IMG/VR virus record: IMGVR_UViG_3300027804_000001
Span: 256,001-320,000 of that record
From: a virus
Taxonomy: Duplodnaviria > Caudoviricetes
DNA: 64,000 nt
Strand: one strand, 5' to 3'
Positions 19,901-29,450 of this stretch are shown here, in pieces. Every line of letters begins with the position of its first letter. Position 1 is the first letter of the stretch. The notes under the pieces are model-generated. The model saw only the letters and a list, made by a program, of their open reading frames with translations. It was not told the DNA's origin and did no database searches. The position numbers and the translations under genes are program-made.

Positions 19901-22900
19901 ATGTTATTGGGTAAACGTGCCATGTTCTAAATTTCGATAATTCATTAAGACCTGAATTAGCAAACGTATCTAAAATAACATTACCATCAATCTCCAATCT
20001 AAATTCATTATCAGCACCAATACCGATATAGTAATCACCACCTGTTATACCTGTGATACAAACATTAAATCCTAACCAAGTTTGTAATGGATTATCCACG
20101 TTGTCATTTACACCATCATTTGCCCACAAACCTGTTCTATTTAATGGTCCATTACCGGGGTTGAATATATTATAACCAGTTGTATTTTTCCATAAATCTG
20201 CGGTGTTTAGATGTATCTCTTCTGTCCCTGTTCCGTTTATATTCCAACCTAATTGATAAACAGTTGTTCCACTCATACTATATTCAAAGTATGTTCTTCC
20301 ACTTGCGGTGTAAGGTGTTGTTGGTGCGGTCGCGGAAACAATATCAATTGCCGTACAATAACCTCCATCTATTGGTGTCCATGTATATCCTGAAGGACAA
20401 TCCACACAAGGAATTGCTGTAGGTGTAATAGTATTTGTTGGTGTTATCGTTAACGTTGGTGTTACTGTTTCTGTTGGTGTAATTGTATAAGTCGGTGTAA
20501 TAGTTTGAGTATACGTCGGAGTAATAGTTGGTGTTATCGTTAACGTTGGTGTTATAGTTTGTGTTAGTGTAAACGTCGGCGTTATTGTAAACGTCGGTGT
20601 AATAGTTGTTGTTGGTGTTATTGTATATGTTGGTGTAACAGTTAACGTAGGAGTTACTGTTGGAGTAATTGTAGGAGTTGGTGTTGGTGTTGGGTATGCA
20701 GAATTACAATCTCGATAAGGAGTTATTTCACAATCAACATAACCAGTTGTGTCTCTTTCACTTGATGTTTGTGTGATATCTTGACACAATCCACCATCAT
20801 AATATTGAATAATATATTCATCTAATGTTTTGAACTCGTCATAAACATGTTGTAATAATATTTGGTGATTTGAGTTACCATTAAATGCAATTAAATTTGT
20901 TGGTGTTGTTCCCGATAAATTTAAATTAAAATATAAATCAGATTCACAATACTCTAAATTAACTGAAATAACTTCAATAAGTCTACCACTTTCAGTGATT
21001 AAATAATCACCATGTTCATAATAATCATTTGAATAATCACAACATGGTTCCTCTTGTATTGGTTTTATTTGTAAATGTTCAGGAAATCTTTCAGTAAAGA
21101 AAAATCTTTTTAAATCTATTACTTCATCTGTAGACTCGTCAACATACTTTCTCGTGTAAACTTTAACTTTTGTTGTTTGTAAAATTTCAAACACCTCAAC
21201 ATCTCCATCCTTAGTTGTACCTGTTATGTGATATTTTTTAATTGTTCCCAAACAATCTTTTGCGGTTACTTTTTTGGGTGTGTAATCAAAAACAAATGTG
21301 AAATCATCATTTGTTAAACCATCTACTAATGATTGATTTGATAATTCACTACAATCATTAAATGTTGCCGAAAGAATTGTATCACCTGAAACAATATCTT
21401 TTACATATGTTTTAGTATAACTTGTTAATGTTGTTTGACTACCACCTGTATATTTTAAAACATACGAATTACCACCCAATCCATAATTGAAAGAATTTCT
21501 ATATTGGATTTTAGGTACTAATTTGTAAAGAACTTCATCATCAACCGGTGATGGTGTTAAACCACTATAACCAATCCATTGAATGTTTATACCTTCAAAT
21601 TTTACTTTGGTGTCGCAGTTGGCTGCGTCGGTAAATAAGAAATCAATTTCATCTGTTTCTTTAACATTCGACACCACCCAAACACATTCGTATCCACCAG
21701 GAATATCCATAGTAGAACCATGAACCGTATAACCTGTTGTTTCATTTACACCATATTCACAATTTCTATATACAAATAACGGCCAATTCTTAACTCTATT
21801 TTTCTGAATTATATTGTTAGTATCTCCCGTGATTTTTATTTTTAAATCACCATTTAAAATACATTCAGGTCCATTAGGATAATTTATATCATCACCTGCA
21901 AATAGTCTATTTGGGTCTTCGTCGTCATCCGGGCAATCAAAAGAAAAATCAAGTTCTAATGTACAATCAGCAGGTGTTGTTGCACCGTTTGAAGCAACAA
22001 ATCTGTAATCAAGATATTCTTCAACAGAACAATCATTTGGTCCGTACTTTATAGATGTGAATGTAACTTGTTCGATACCATTTTCATCTGTAAAAAATGA
22101 ATAGGATATTTTTGGTTTTGGAACTTGGGTACATGTACTGCTACTTGTTGCTGCTGTATATGGTGCATATGTATCAATACAACCCGGAGTGTTCATTGTG
22201 TCTTCCGAATTGATTGAATCGATTAAACCAATTAACGCATCAACCCATAAATCTTTAATTGCATTAACATCAGGTTCCAAATAATCTTTATAATCACATA
22301 TTAATGGTAAATGTGTTGATGAGGATGTCGTTCCTGTACAATTATCAATTGGAAATGAGTTAAATAATTTTGCGCTTACTCCTGGTATTGATGTGTTGCC
22401 ACTCACAATAACTTCAAATCCTGATTCAGGCCCACCATATTGAATACCATCAATTTCTATTAATGGATAATAAGTAACGCCAGTTGCATTAATTAAACCT
22501 CTAAAATAATTTTCATGATGACTACCTAATAATTTTTCAAAATCTTCTTCGATTGCCTCTTCAAAACTTGGATAAAGGCTTTCTGTAAAAGTCTTTGGTT
22601 GACAACCGTATCTATATTTGTATTTTGGTCTACCGAAAATATTATTTTCAATTAAATTACCACCAGTCCATAACGTTGTTGATGGTATAACTTGATCTAA
22701 TACTTGAGTCCAATATGGACTCATCTTATTGATAAATTCGTTTAAATCCGGTATAGTATATGGTACAAAATCAGTTGAACTTACATAATCTTGATAAATG
22801 TCTTCAAGTTTTATGTAATTCTTTTTGTATTTGATAATGTGTGAGTTTTTAATTTGTGTACTCAACATTTTATCAACATATTCCGCAAATGTAACACCTG

Positions 22901-24923
22901 TTTGTGGTTCTAATGTTGCACTACCAAATGATATCTCTAACTCTCTTGACTTTCTCCATATATCATAGTTGATAGCATTTGCAGAAGAAAGATACACTTC
23001 AATATTTTTTCTATTGAATATAAATGAAGAATATTCGTCAGCTATTTGTCTTTGTCTGTTATCTAATTTACTAACAATTTCGTAACCAGTGTCTAAACCG
23101 GGTAAACTTCTATAGATATCAAAATAATCTTCACCATAAGTAAAAGATTTATTTTTTGTTTTAATTGTTTTGGTTCTTCCCGTTAAATTAGACTTATCAC
23201 CATCAATTATGTCTATTGATCTGTGATCTAATGTTATATCATACCAACCCGCACCTTTTTGGAAAAACGTGTTAGATGATTCGTCAAACGCCGTTTTTGG
23301 TATTTTAGTACCTTCAACAATTGGGTACGTTTCGGATGTGAAAGTTGTTGATGCCTTAGTTGAAGATATTGAATAGGTATAACCACTCGGAATAAATTCT
23401 GCAACATTGTATGTTTTTGTTCCTGCAATAACATCATAGATATCACTATCTAAATCAAATGATTTTGGTAATGAGGTTATTTGATAAACAAATTCATTAA
23501 TTTTAATCATTGGTTCAGGTGCACCTAAGAACTTTAAGAAAAATTCTATTGATGAACGTGTACCTTTTGATTTATATATGTGAGATAGATTAACTAATAA
23601 TCTTCTATAAAATTCGTTTTCTGCGTCAACAACGTTTTTACCAATTGTTAGACCGATATATTGTGTGTCTTGTCTTGTGTATAATAAATCTTCTAATTTA
23701 TTTTCATCAAATAAATTTACAGTAGATAAACCTAAGGTGTTTGATAAATTTTTTAATAATATATCGGGTAAGTTATTAATACCATCATAACTTACATTTC
23801 TCATGTAAGCAATGTTTTCAATATATTTTTTTACTTTATCGAAACTATGTCCATATAATTGGAAAATCGCTTCAGCCTTCTTGTCATCAGTATCAAACTC
23901 AAATAACTGTGGAGAAGACATAAATCTAACAAATAAATTAGATTTATAATCATCTATTTCGTCAGCCAAATTTGATAATTGTTCGATATATAAATCATAA
24001 TCAATACCAACAATTTTAACGTTCCAATTATCTTTTGAAAGTGGCCATGTTACTTCAACATCACTAAGTACTGTGTTTGAACTATCTATACTATCTTTTG
24101 GTACACTAAATGTTGCGGTGTATTTTGGATTTGTATCTCTATCAATTAAACATTGTTCTAATTCATCTAAATTAGAAAAGAAGTCTTCAACCAAACCATT
24201 ATTTGGTCTTATTAATATGTTCTCACTATAATTTGTGTTAGTTCCAAATGGTTTACCCTTAACCTTTAATACGATTTTATAATCGGTACTAGGTTCGGTA
24301 TAATTTATAATGTCATAAGTGATACCACTTATTTCTATAACATACTTTGTATATGAAGAATAAAAATTTCTTAATGTGTTTGTGGTGTTTGGGTCGACTT
24401 GACTATTTGGTGTTACAAATATTACATCGAGTGGATTGTATAATCTACCAAAGTCAACCTCGAATTGTGTGGTGTTTAAATTAATGTCATAAACAACATT
24501 ATCTACAGTATAATCTGATGACCTTACTGAACTGTTTTTATCAATTAAAACACCAGCCGGAAACTTTTCAATTATATTTCCTAATGTTGCACCAATTCTA
24601 CTTTTTAATGAACCAAATAATGATTTACCCGCATCATTTTTTGATGACCTAAATTTTACCTCTTTATTTTCATTTGAAGTACCATTTGGGTTATTTTGGT
24701 CATTTGACTTATATTTTTCTTCTTTTAAATCGTCTAAGGTTAGAAAATCAGAAAATTGTCCAGAACGAAATGTTTTCACATCTCTTTCAGGGATAGATCT
24801 GTCAATAGCGAAGTTAGTATTAGTCAATTGACTAGTACCATCGGTAATTTGTCTACCGACTAAACTATCACTAAACGTTTCAGACCCATTCGCCGCCTGA
24901 CTTGGAACTTTTCTTCTTGCCAT
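16938..24923 (-). CDS. Giant 2661-aa baseplate-wedge/fibre fusion protein
   Basis: N region with LLKNLSNTLG and YKSKGTRSSIEFFLKFLG (gpI/gp7-like wedge); degenerate Hint; Thr-Pro stalks; lectin-like inserts; C-terminal beta domain. Confidence 0.75.
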   Translation of the reverse strand: MARRKVPSQAANGSETFSDSLVGRQITDGTSQLTNTNFAIDRSIPERDVKTFRSGQFSDFLTLDDLKEEKYKSNDQNNPNGTSNENKEVKFRSSKNDAGKSLFGSLKSRIGATLGNIIEKFPAGVLIDKNSSVRSSDYTVDNVVYDINLNTTQFEVDFGRLYNPLDVIFVTPNSQVDPNTTNTLRNFYSSYTKYVIEISGITYDIINYTEPSTDYKIVLKVKGKPFGTNTNYSENILIRPNNGLVEDFFSNLDELEQCLIDRDTNPKYTATFSVPKDSIDSSNTVLSDVEVTWPLSKDNWNVKIVGIDYDLYIEQLSNLADEIDDYKSNLFVRFMSSPQLFEFDTDDKKAEAIFQLYGHSFDKVKKYIENIAYMRNVSYDGINNLPDILLKNLSNTLGLSTVNLFDENKLEDLLYTRQDTQYIGLTIGKNVVDAENEFYRRLLVNLSHIYKSKGTRSSIEFFLKFLGAPEPMIKINEFVYQITSLPKSFDLDSDIYDVIAGTKTYNVAEFIPSGYTYSISSTKASTTFTSETYPIVEGTKIPKTAFDESSNTFFQKGAGWYDITLDHRSIDIIDGDKSNLTGRTKTIKTKNKSFTYGEDYFDIYRSLPGLDTGYEIVSKLDNRQRQIADEYSSFIFNRKNIEVYLSSANAINYDIWRKSRELEISFGSATLEPQTGVTFAEYVDKMLSTQIKNSHIIKYKKNYIKLEDIYQDYVSSTDFVPYTIPDLNEFINKMSPYWTQVLDQVIPSTTLWTGGNLIENNIFGRPKYKYRYGCQPKTFTESLYPSFEEAIEEDFEKLLGSHHENYFRGLINATGVTYYPLIEIDGIQYGGPESGFEVIVSGNTSIPGVSAKLFNSFPIDNCTGTTSSSTHLPLICDYKDYLEPDVNAIKDLWVDALIGLIDSINSEDTMNTPGCIDTYAPYTAATSSSTCTQVPKPKISYSFFTDENGIEQVTFTSIKYGPNDCSVEEYLDYRFVASNGATTPADCTLELDFSFDCPDDDEDPNRLFAGDDINYPNGPECILNGDLKIKITGDTNNIIQKNRVKNWPLFVYRNCEYGVNETTGYTVHGSTMDIPGGYECVWVVSNVKETDEIDFLFTDAANCDTKVKFEGINIQWIGYSGLTPSPVDDEVLYKLVPKIQYRNSFNYGLGGNSYVLKYTGGSQTTLTSYTKTYVKDIVSGDTILSATFNDCSELSNQSLVDGLTNDDFTFVFDYTPKKVTAKDCLGTIKKYHITGTTKDGDVEVFEILQTTKVKVYTRKYVDESTDEVIDLKRFFFTERFPEHLQIKPIQEEPCCDYSNDYYEHGDYLITESGRLIEVISVNLEYCESDLYFNLNLSGTTPTNLIAFNGNSNHQILLQHVYDEFKTLDEYIIQYYDGGLCQDITQTSSERDTTGYVDCEITPYRDCNSAYPTPTPTPTITPTVTPTLTVTPTYTITPTTTITPTFTITPTFTLTQTITPTLTITPTITPTYTQTITPTYTITPTETVTPTLTITPTNTITPTAIPCVDCPSGYTWTPIDGGYCTAIDIVSATAPTTPYTASGRTYFEYSMSGTTVYQLGWNINGTGTEEIHLNTADLWKNTTGYNIFNPGNGPLNRTGLWANDGVNDNVDNPLQTWLGFNVCITGITGGDYYIGIGADNEFRLEIDGNVILDTFANSGLNELSKFRTWHVYPITLTAGDHIIGLYGYNLTGNQTNPASFGCEIYDNTLPQLTGATSINDLNVIFSSSDFIGQTIPVIKDINGNYLSSGYTCPSGYEYAPCDGNCWKLIYCPETPTPTPTPTFTITPTITPTFTVTPTITPTYTQTLTPTYTITPTLTPDCEFIVDTTYVAATPTPTVTPTFTITPTFTITPTYTITPTITQTLTPTYTITPTLTPACDFVVNATYVAPTPTPTVTPTHTITPTLTPTLTITPTQTVTPTFTITPTFTPTITPTYTITPTLTPDCQFIVSTTYVAPTPTPTQSITPTITPTLTITPTFTITPTETVTPTYTITPTYTITPTITPTYTITPTYTITPTFTITPTITPTFTPACDFNVDTTYVAPTPTPTVTPTYTITPTQTVTPTFTVTPTYTITPTQTCDPFVTQYLRVRLLGCSNFDIQLFNNPDLTDNANAICDYIVSGTAYGDLGTVFNGTETIAYNDHTHGFNIGAGLLPGECVSGFTVNSVTPQCDCVNVVILPITPTPTITPTYTITPTLTVTPTITPTFTVTPTLTPACEFTVTTTYVAPTPTPTVTPTYTITPTFTITPTITPTYTITPTYTITPTQTLSPTITPTLTITPTFTITPTQTITPTLTVTPTITPTYTITPTLTPACDFNVDTTYVAPTPTPTVTPTYTITPTYTITPTITPTYTITPTFTITPTQTVSQTITPTLTITPTLTITPTYTITPTVTVSPTITPTYTITPTLTPACDFTVSTTYVAPTPTPTITPTFTITPTFTITPTVTVSPTITPTLTITPTIDCSFAASFSEYVPSVTTTPTITPTMTITPTPLPVSGLTWTTYTNVTGFSQCLYVDPTVSAQNRINAGWAISNLNQTVRFNVSNSSNCPNGTCNQTQIGWAEATITVGPQNTNMSLDFSGLAELQDTNFENIKFKLNGTEIARATSQDLNQGCAMGPVIKTFTVPSPYLLAANSVHTLRIEFTTNDALYHVNSYYQVELGFNTV
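17457..20693 (-). repeat. Coding Thr/Pro tandem repeats with 7 CxFxVxxxYVxxTP nodes, interrupted by two globular domains
   Basis: Inserted domains at about 18390-18695 and 19620-20415. Confidence 0.95.
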
Positions 24924-25840
24924 TATTGGGTAATATCATCGAAATTTAGTGTCTCGTCAATATCAGTTTTTTCTTCCCTAACTTCATAAAGGGTTTCGTT
25001 AAACTCATCCTTAACTTCGTATAGGTTGTATTGTTTGTAGATACTGTTATTGTTGTTATTATCGTAAATGGTGTAGATACCAGAAGAAACTGCTTTAGTT
25101 TGGTTACCATAAAGTGCGTGTGCCAATGTAGACGCATCATGTTCAACCATTTCAATTTCTATGGTAGTAGGATTAAAAAATGTATTTGTTAATATAATAT
25201 TTTGAGCGGGTTGACCTATAAAAGGTACAACATTTGGTCTACTACCCGGTGCAGAAGATGGTGTAACAGTCAAAAACATTAAGTTTGTTGCACTGTTACT
25301 ATATTGATATCTTATTGCTTTTTGTGTTGTACTCGTTAAGTTTGAAACAACGGGAGTACAATAAAATGATGACGTAACAATTCTATAAAAATTTGTAAGT
25401 TTTGTTCCATCATTATTCAAATATTCAATTCTATAACCTATTAAACCTTGTGGTGTAAATTTACCTCTATCATCATCAGAAACGTTTGATAAATCAATTA
25501 CCAAACCTCTTACAGAGGGTAAAGAAGCCAAAATACCACAATCCGTGATTGAGGTTCTTATTTGTTTTGGTCTGATGTGAAGTGTATACACTCCTAAATC
25601 AGAAAAATCAGTAGAACTTAGTTTTAAATTATAAAGACCACCCAAAATTTCTGTACCTGTTTGGGCGTTTGTATCTGTATCAGAATTATGATATATTGGT
25701 GTTAAAATTTCCTGAGATGATAACTTCGTTAAAGTTACCTCCGCGGTTGACAACCTATTTGGTGCATAATGAAGAAATATATCCACATCTGCTGGAGACA
25801 CATCTGCTGGTCTTATTGTTCCGTAACTACCTACTGCCAT
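24923..25840 (-). CDS. Hypothetical structural protein
   Basis: Full-length ORF in the baseplate block preceded by TATTTATTA (25851-25859). Confidence 0.6.
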   Translation of the reverse strand: MAVGSYGTIRPADVSPADVDIFLHYAPNRLSTAEVTLTKLSSQEILTPIYHNSDTDTNAQTGTEILGGLYNLKLSSTDFSDLGVYTLHIRPKQIRTSITDCGILASLPSVRGLVIDLSNVSDDDRGKFTPQGLIGYRIEYLNNDGTKLTNFYRIVTSSFYCTPVVSNLTSTTQKAIRYQYSNSATNLMFLTVTPSSAPGSRPNVVPFIGQPAQNIILTNTFFNPTTIEIEMVEHDASTLAHALYGNQTKAVSSGIYTIYDNNNNNSIYKQYNLYEVKDEFNETLYEVREEKTDIDETLNFDDITQ

Positions 25841-25865
25841 ATCTTTTTATTAATAAATATAATTT

Positions 25866-26843
25866 TTATTGTTTCCTAACGTTAAAATATCCATTTCCAT
25901 ACACAGATAATTCTCCCATGTTATCGATTTCTCCTAATCTTAATGTTTTTTCCAAAACCCCTTGTTTTCCTCTCTCCACAAAAATGTCAGAATAAATTGT
26001 TGGGTCTTCAACAAAACCCAAAAAATGTTCATTTCTGGTTATCATTTCATTTATGATTTCCTCTTTAGTAAATCCTGTGGTGTTTCCTGTAATAAGAGTT
26101 GTTCCATCCTCATAATCTCTATAATAAACTGTGGTCGTTCCTGTTGTATTTCCCGTATATGTGAAACTATATCCCGTATAATTTCCAACATCATCTGTAC
26201 CCGATGTTGTACCTGAATAAGATGTTGATCCATATTTTCTTTTCTCTTCTATTCTACTACCACCAATACCCAAATAATTAAACGTTGTGTTTCCTGTTGG
26301 GGGATTAAATTCCTCATCAGATAAATAATTTTGTGTTCTACCACTTTCTAAATAATATTCTGTTGGTGTTATGTTATAATATGGTAAACTTGTACCTGTA
26401 TATACGAATATACCCAATGGGTCGGCTACCGAAATATCTTTTGGTATTGTTACTTGTTTACTTAATTTTTGTGTGGCCCAAGGAGCATCTAAAGTAATTG
26501 ATATTGTATACCCACTTGATGTTGAGTATGTATGAGATATTGTTGGAAAGTTTGTTCCAACTACTCCACTATTAACAGTTAAACCTGATATGTTTCCATC
26601 CCCCCAATTAATTGTAAATGTTTGTTCAACTATTTTTCTTAGTTTATCGGGATTAACAGTATTATATACTTGTATTGTACTTCCTGTTTGTGTATACGAA
26701 AAATTACATAGTTGTTCCACTTGTTCAATGTCACCATCAAACCCCACCATAACACCCATTTCATCAACCAAAGATTCTAAAAATATTGGTAGACTGTAAG
26801 TTGTACCTGTTTGTTTTAATATTTCGTATCTATTCTTATTCAT
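25866..26843 (-). CDS. Structural protein with PKD-like Ig domain
   Basis: FTINWGDG...TISHTYSTSSGYTISITL matches the PKD WDFGDG...H.Y...G.Y.V.L pattern. Confidence 0.6.
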   Translation of the reverse strand: MNKNRYEILKQTGTTYSLPIFLESLVDEMGVMVGFDGDIEQVEQLCNFSYTQTGSTIQVYNTVNPDKLRKIVEQTFTINWGDGNISGLTVNSGVVGTNFPTISHTYSTSSGYTISITLDAPWATQKLSKQVTIPKDISVADPLGIFVYTGTSLPYYNITPTEYYLESGRTQNYLSDEEFNPPTGNTTFNYLGIGGSRIEEKRKYGSTSYSGTTSGTDDVGNYTGYSFTYTGNTTGTTTVYYRDYEDGTTLITGNTTGFTKEEIINEMITRNEHFLGFVEDPTIYSDIFVERGKQGVLEKTLRLGEIDNMGELSVYGNGYFNVRKQ

Positions 26844-26850
26844 TTATAAA

Positions 26851-27693
26851 TTACTTTGTTGCCGTTCCGTCATTAAAATTGCAATCACTACAACCAATCT
26901 GATAAACATAACCGTATTCTGTATCTTCTTTATTGATTTGAACACAGTAATACATATCATCACTCTCATTCACTTCATTTCCACCTGTTATACCTTTTTG
27001 AAAAAACAAAATAGGATTCATAGATGTGCCGATTCTTTGAGATGGGTCTGTTCCTGATAGTGTTATCATGTTTTTATTTGTAAAATCCACAATAGACCCA
27101 TCTTCCGCATTAAAAAATTTTGCGGTCATATAAAAAGTATTTCCTTTTAGTAACTCTTCACTAAAAACGGAATCATCTGCAAACCAAAACAAATACATGT
27201 TTTCTTTATTTCTGTAATTTGAACCCATAAAAACAGGTTTAAAAATGTAATCATTTAATGTTGTATAAAAATATTTTTCACCTAATGGTAATGCTAAGTT
27301 TTTAGTAAAAACTAGTTTTCTATTAGATCTACTGGGTTCATCGTTGTTTGGTGTTTTGTAAAACTCAAGTCTAAAAAAACTTTCAGTAGTTTGTCTTAAC
27401 ATTTGTGCGTTTTCGTTAGCACTTAAACCAGTTGGTTCATAGTCTTGAACATATGTTGAACCGCTGATGAAATGAAATTTAAACCATATATCTGATTGTA
27501 ATAAACCTAGATTAGATGTGTAGGGTTTGTGAATATATCTTATTGTTTCATAATTTTGAGTGGGATTAATTATAGTTTTTAATGTTTCCTTTTCCATTTC
27601 CTCAGCATTATCCTGCCATCCAAGGTCAGTTTTGAAAACATCCTCAACATTTAAAATTATTTTTTGGTCAATATCTTTTCTTAATATTTTCAT
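26851..27693 (-). CDS. Hypothetical structural protein
   Basis: ATG 27693 overlaps the upstream stop (TAATG coupling). Confidence 0.6.
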   Translation of the reverse strand: MKILRKDIDQKIILNVEDVFKTDLGWQDNAEEMEKETLKTIINPTQNYETIRYIHKPYTSNLGLLQSDIWFKFHFISGSTYVQDYEPTGLSANENAQMLRQTTESFFRLEFYKTPNNDEPSRSNRKLVFTKNLALPLGEKYFYTTLNDYIFKPVFMGSNYRNKENMYLFWFADDSVFSEELLKGNTFYMTAKFFNAEDGSIVDFTNKNMITLSGTDPSQRIGTSMNPILFFQKGITGGNEVNESDDMYYCVQINKEDTEYGYVYQIGCSDCNFNDGTATK

Positions 27694-29450
27694 TAACAAA
27701 TATTATTTTTGTCAAACTTTTTAATTCCGTTAGTTTTATTTACATAATCCTTATCACTTCTTAAATAGAAATTTATATCATTTTTTATATAATGAATGTT
27801 GTTTATAAATGGATAATTTGTTCCGTACCCATCTTGGTCAACAAATCCTTGGTCATATAAGTCTCTCCATTTCCAAAGTCCCTCTTTTTCAAAATATTTT
27901 ACATTCTCAGGTAAATCAAGAATTTCATCTGTGTCAGATGTTTCTACATAAGGAGATAGTTGTCTTACTTTAACTCTATAGAATGGTTGATAATACCAAC
28001 CCACCAAATTGTTATTTGATGAACCAGAATAAACTGCACCACTGTTTTGTCCAAAATTGAACACTGACATTGGGCAACTGAATTTGTGAAATGCTTCACT
28101 TATTATTCTCTCCTTTAATTCACTTTCGTTATATTCAACAAAGGCACCTGTCAAACCTGTTGTTCCTATTGACAGGGGTTCTCCAACAGTAAAAGTTTCA
28201 GGACCACTATTACTGGTTAATGTTGATGTTGGAATTCCTAATTGTTGTGATGTTGTTCCACTAAAGTGACTATCAGCCCAACTATCATGAAAATTAAATT
28301 TCCAACCAACTTTAGGTGGGTATGTAAAATATCCATTACCATTTCTTAATAATATTGTAACATATAAATCTGTTGGTGTGTAATCATGATTATTTGTAAT
28401 ACCTGTTAAGGTATATGGATTAACAAAGTCATATACAACAGATTCCATTCTATTTCTTTCTACCACTACATCATTATCACCCACATTATTTTCAAAAAGA
28501 ACTTTTTTTTCTTCTTCCCAAATTGGAGTTTCAAATCCAACTTTGTCCATAATATAATCTTTACTTGTTGTTAAGATTTTATGTTTATGAACATAATATT
28601 GTGATGTTGTTCCTGATATATTATTTTTATCTAAACATCTTTTACCTAATACAACTGTATTGTTTGATAACGTCAAACCTGTGGGTACATCATTATTTAA
28701 AATGTTAATTACATATTTTTCAGAATCATAAATTTCGTCACCAAGTTCGGTTATGAAAATTGCTTTATCGTTTATAACAATATATTCACCTTTAGACATT
28801 CCATGTTCTACTGGTGAAGTTAATGTTGTATATGTTGCACCTGTTAATACCCTAAATGGTATACCTTCACCAGAATTAAAACAATACGTTTTTCCGTCTC
28901 CACATCCACTTGTTGTACCTGATAATGTATATTTTATTGGATGATTACTATCGTGTCCATAAACATAACTTAAATAAATGTTCCAATTATGATAAGGAGC
29001 TTCGATTGGTGTGATACTTGTATGTCCTGTATAACCAGTCGTAATTATTGATGGTGAATATGATGATAATGATGAACCTGTAATAGATAAAGGGTTAATT
29101 ATTTCTCTAACAACATCGTTTCTTAAAAGTGCAAATTCATTATAAGGTAAAAATCCTGTTGGGTCTCCGTCGGAACCATCACCCACTAAATAAAGATATT
29201 TGTTTAGTGGGTCATATGATGAAACACCTGAATATGTGTTTTTAAAAATCATTCTTATTTTACCATGTATTTTATAATTTTTACTTTCGTTTCTTTCTTT
29301 GTAAAAGAGTTCATTTATATCTAAAATAATGTTTCTCTCACCTTCACGTAAAAGATTTTTCTGTTCGTCTAAATTTAAACGAATATCAATATCTTCCGCA
29401 TCCGCATTAGCAAATCTTTTTGTTGGTAATATGATTTTCTTTTTTTCCAT
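27693..29450 (-). CDS. Hypothetical structural protein
   Basis: 585-aa ORF translationally coupled in the baseplate block. Confidence 0.6.
   Translation of the reverse strand: MEKKKIILPTKRFANADAEDIDIRLNLDEQKNLLREGERNIILDINELFYKERNESKNYKIHGKIRMIFKNTYSGVSSYDPLNKYLYLVGDGSDGDPTGFLPYNEFALLRNDVVREIINPLSITGSSLSSYSPSIITTGYTGHTSITPIEAPYHNWNIYLSYVYGHDSNHPIKYTLSGTTSGCGDGKTYCFNSGEGIPFRVLTGATYTTLTSPVEHGMSKGEYIVINDKAIFITELGDEIYDSEKYVINILNNDVPTGLTLSNNTVVLGKRCLDKNNISGTTSQYYVHKHKILTTSKDYIMDKVGFETPIWEEEKKVLFENNVGDNDVVVERNRMESVVYDFVNPYTLTGITNNHDYTPTDLYVTILLRNGNGYFTYPPKVGWKFNFHDSWADSHFSGTTSQQLGIPTSTLTSNSGPETFTVGEPLSIGTTGLTGAFVEYNESELKERIISEAFHKFSCPMSVFNFGQNSGAVYSGSSNNNLVGWYYQPFYRVKVRQLSPYVETSDTDEILDLPENVKYFEKEGLWKWRDLYDQGFVDQDGYGTNYPFINNIHYIKNDINFYLRSDKDYVNKTNGIKKFDKNNIC

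Noticed and set aside
15621-20693. CRISPR-like or non-coding repeat array
   Set aside because: Units are degenerate, in-frame coding repeats with no unique spacers, and no cas genes are seen
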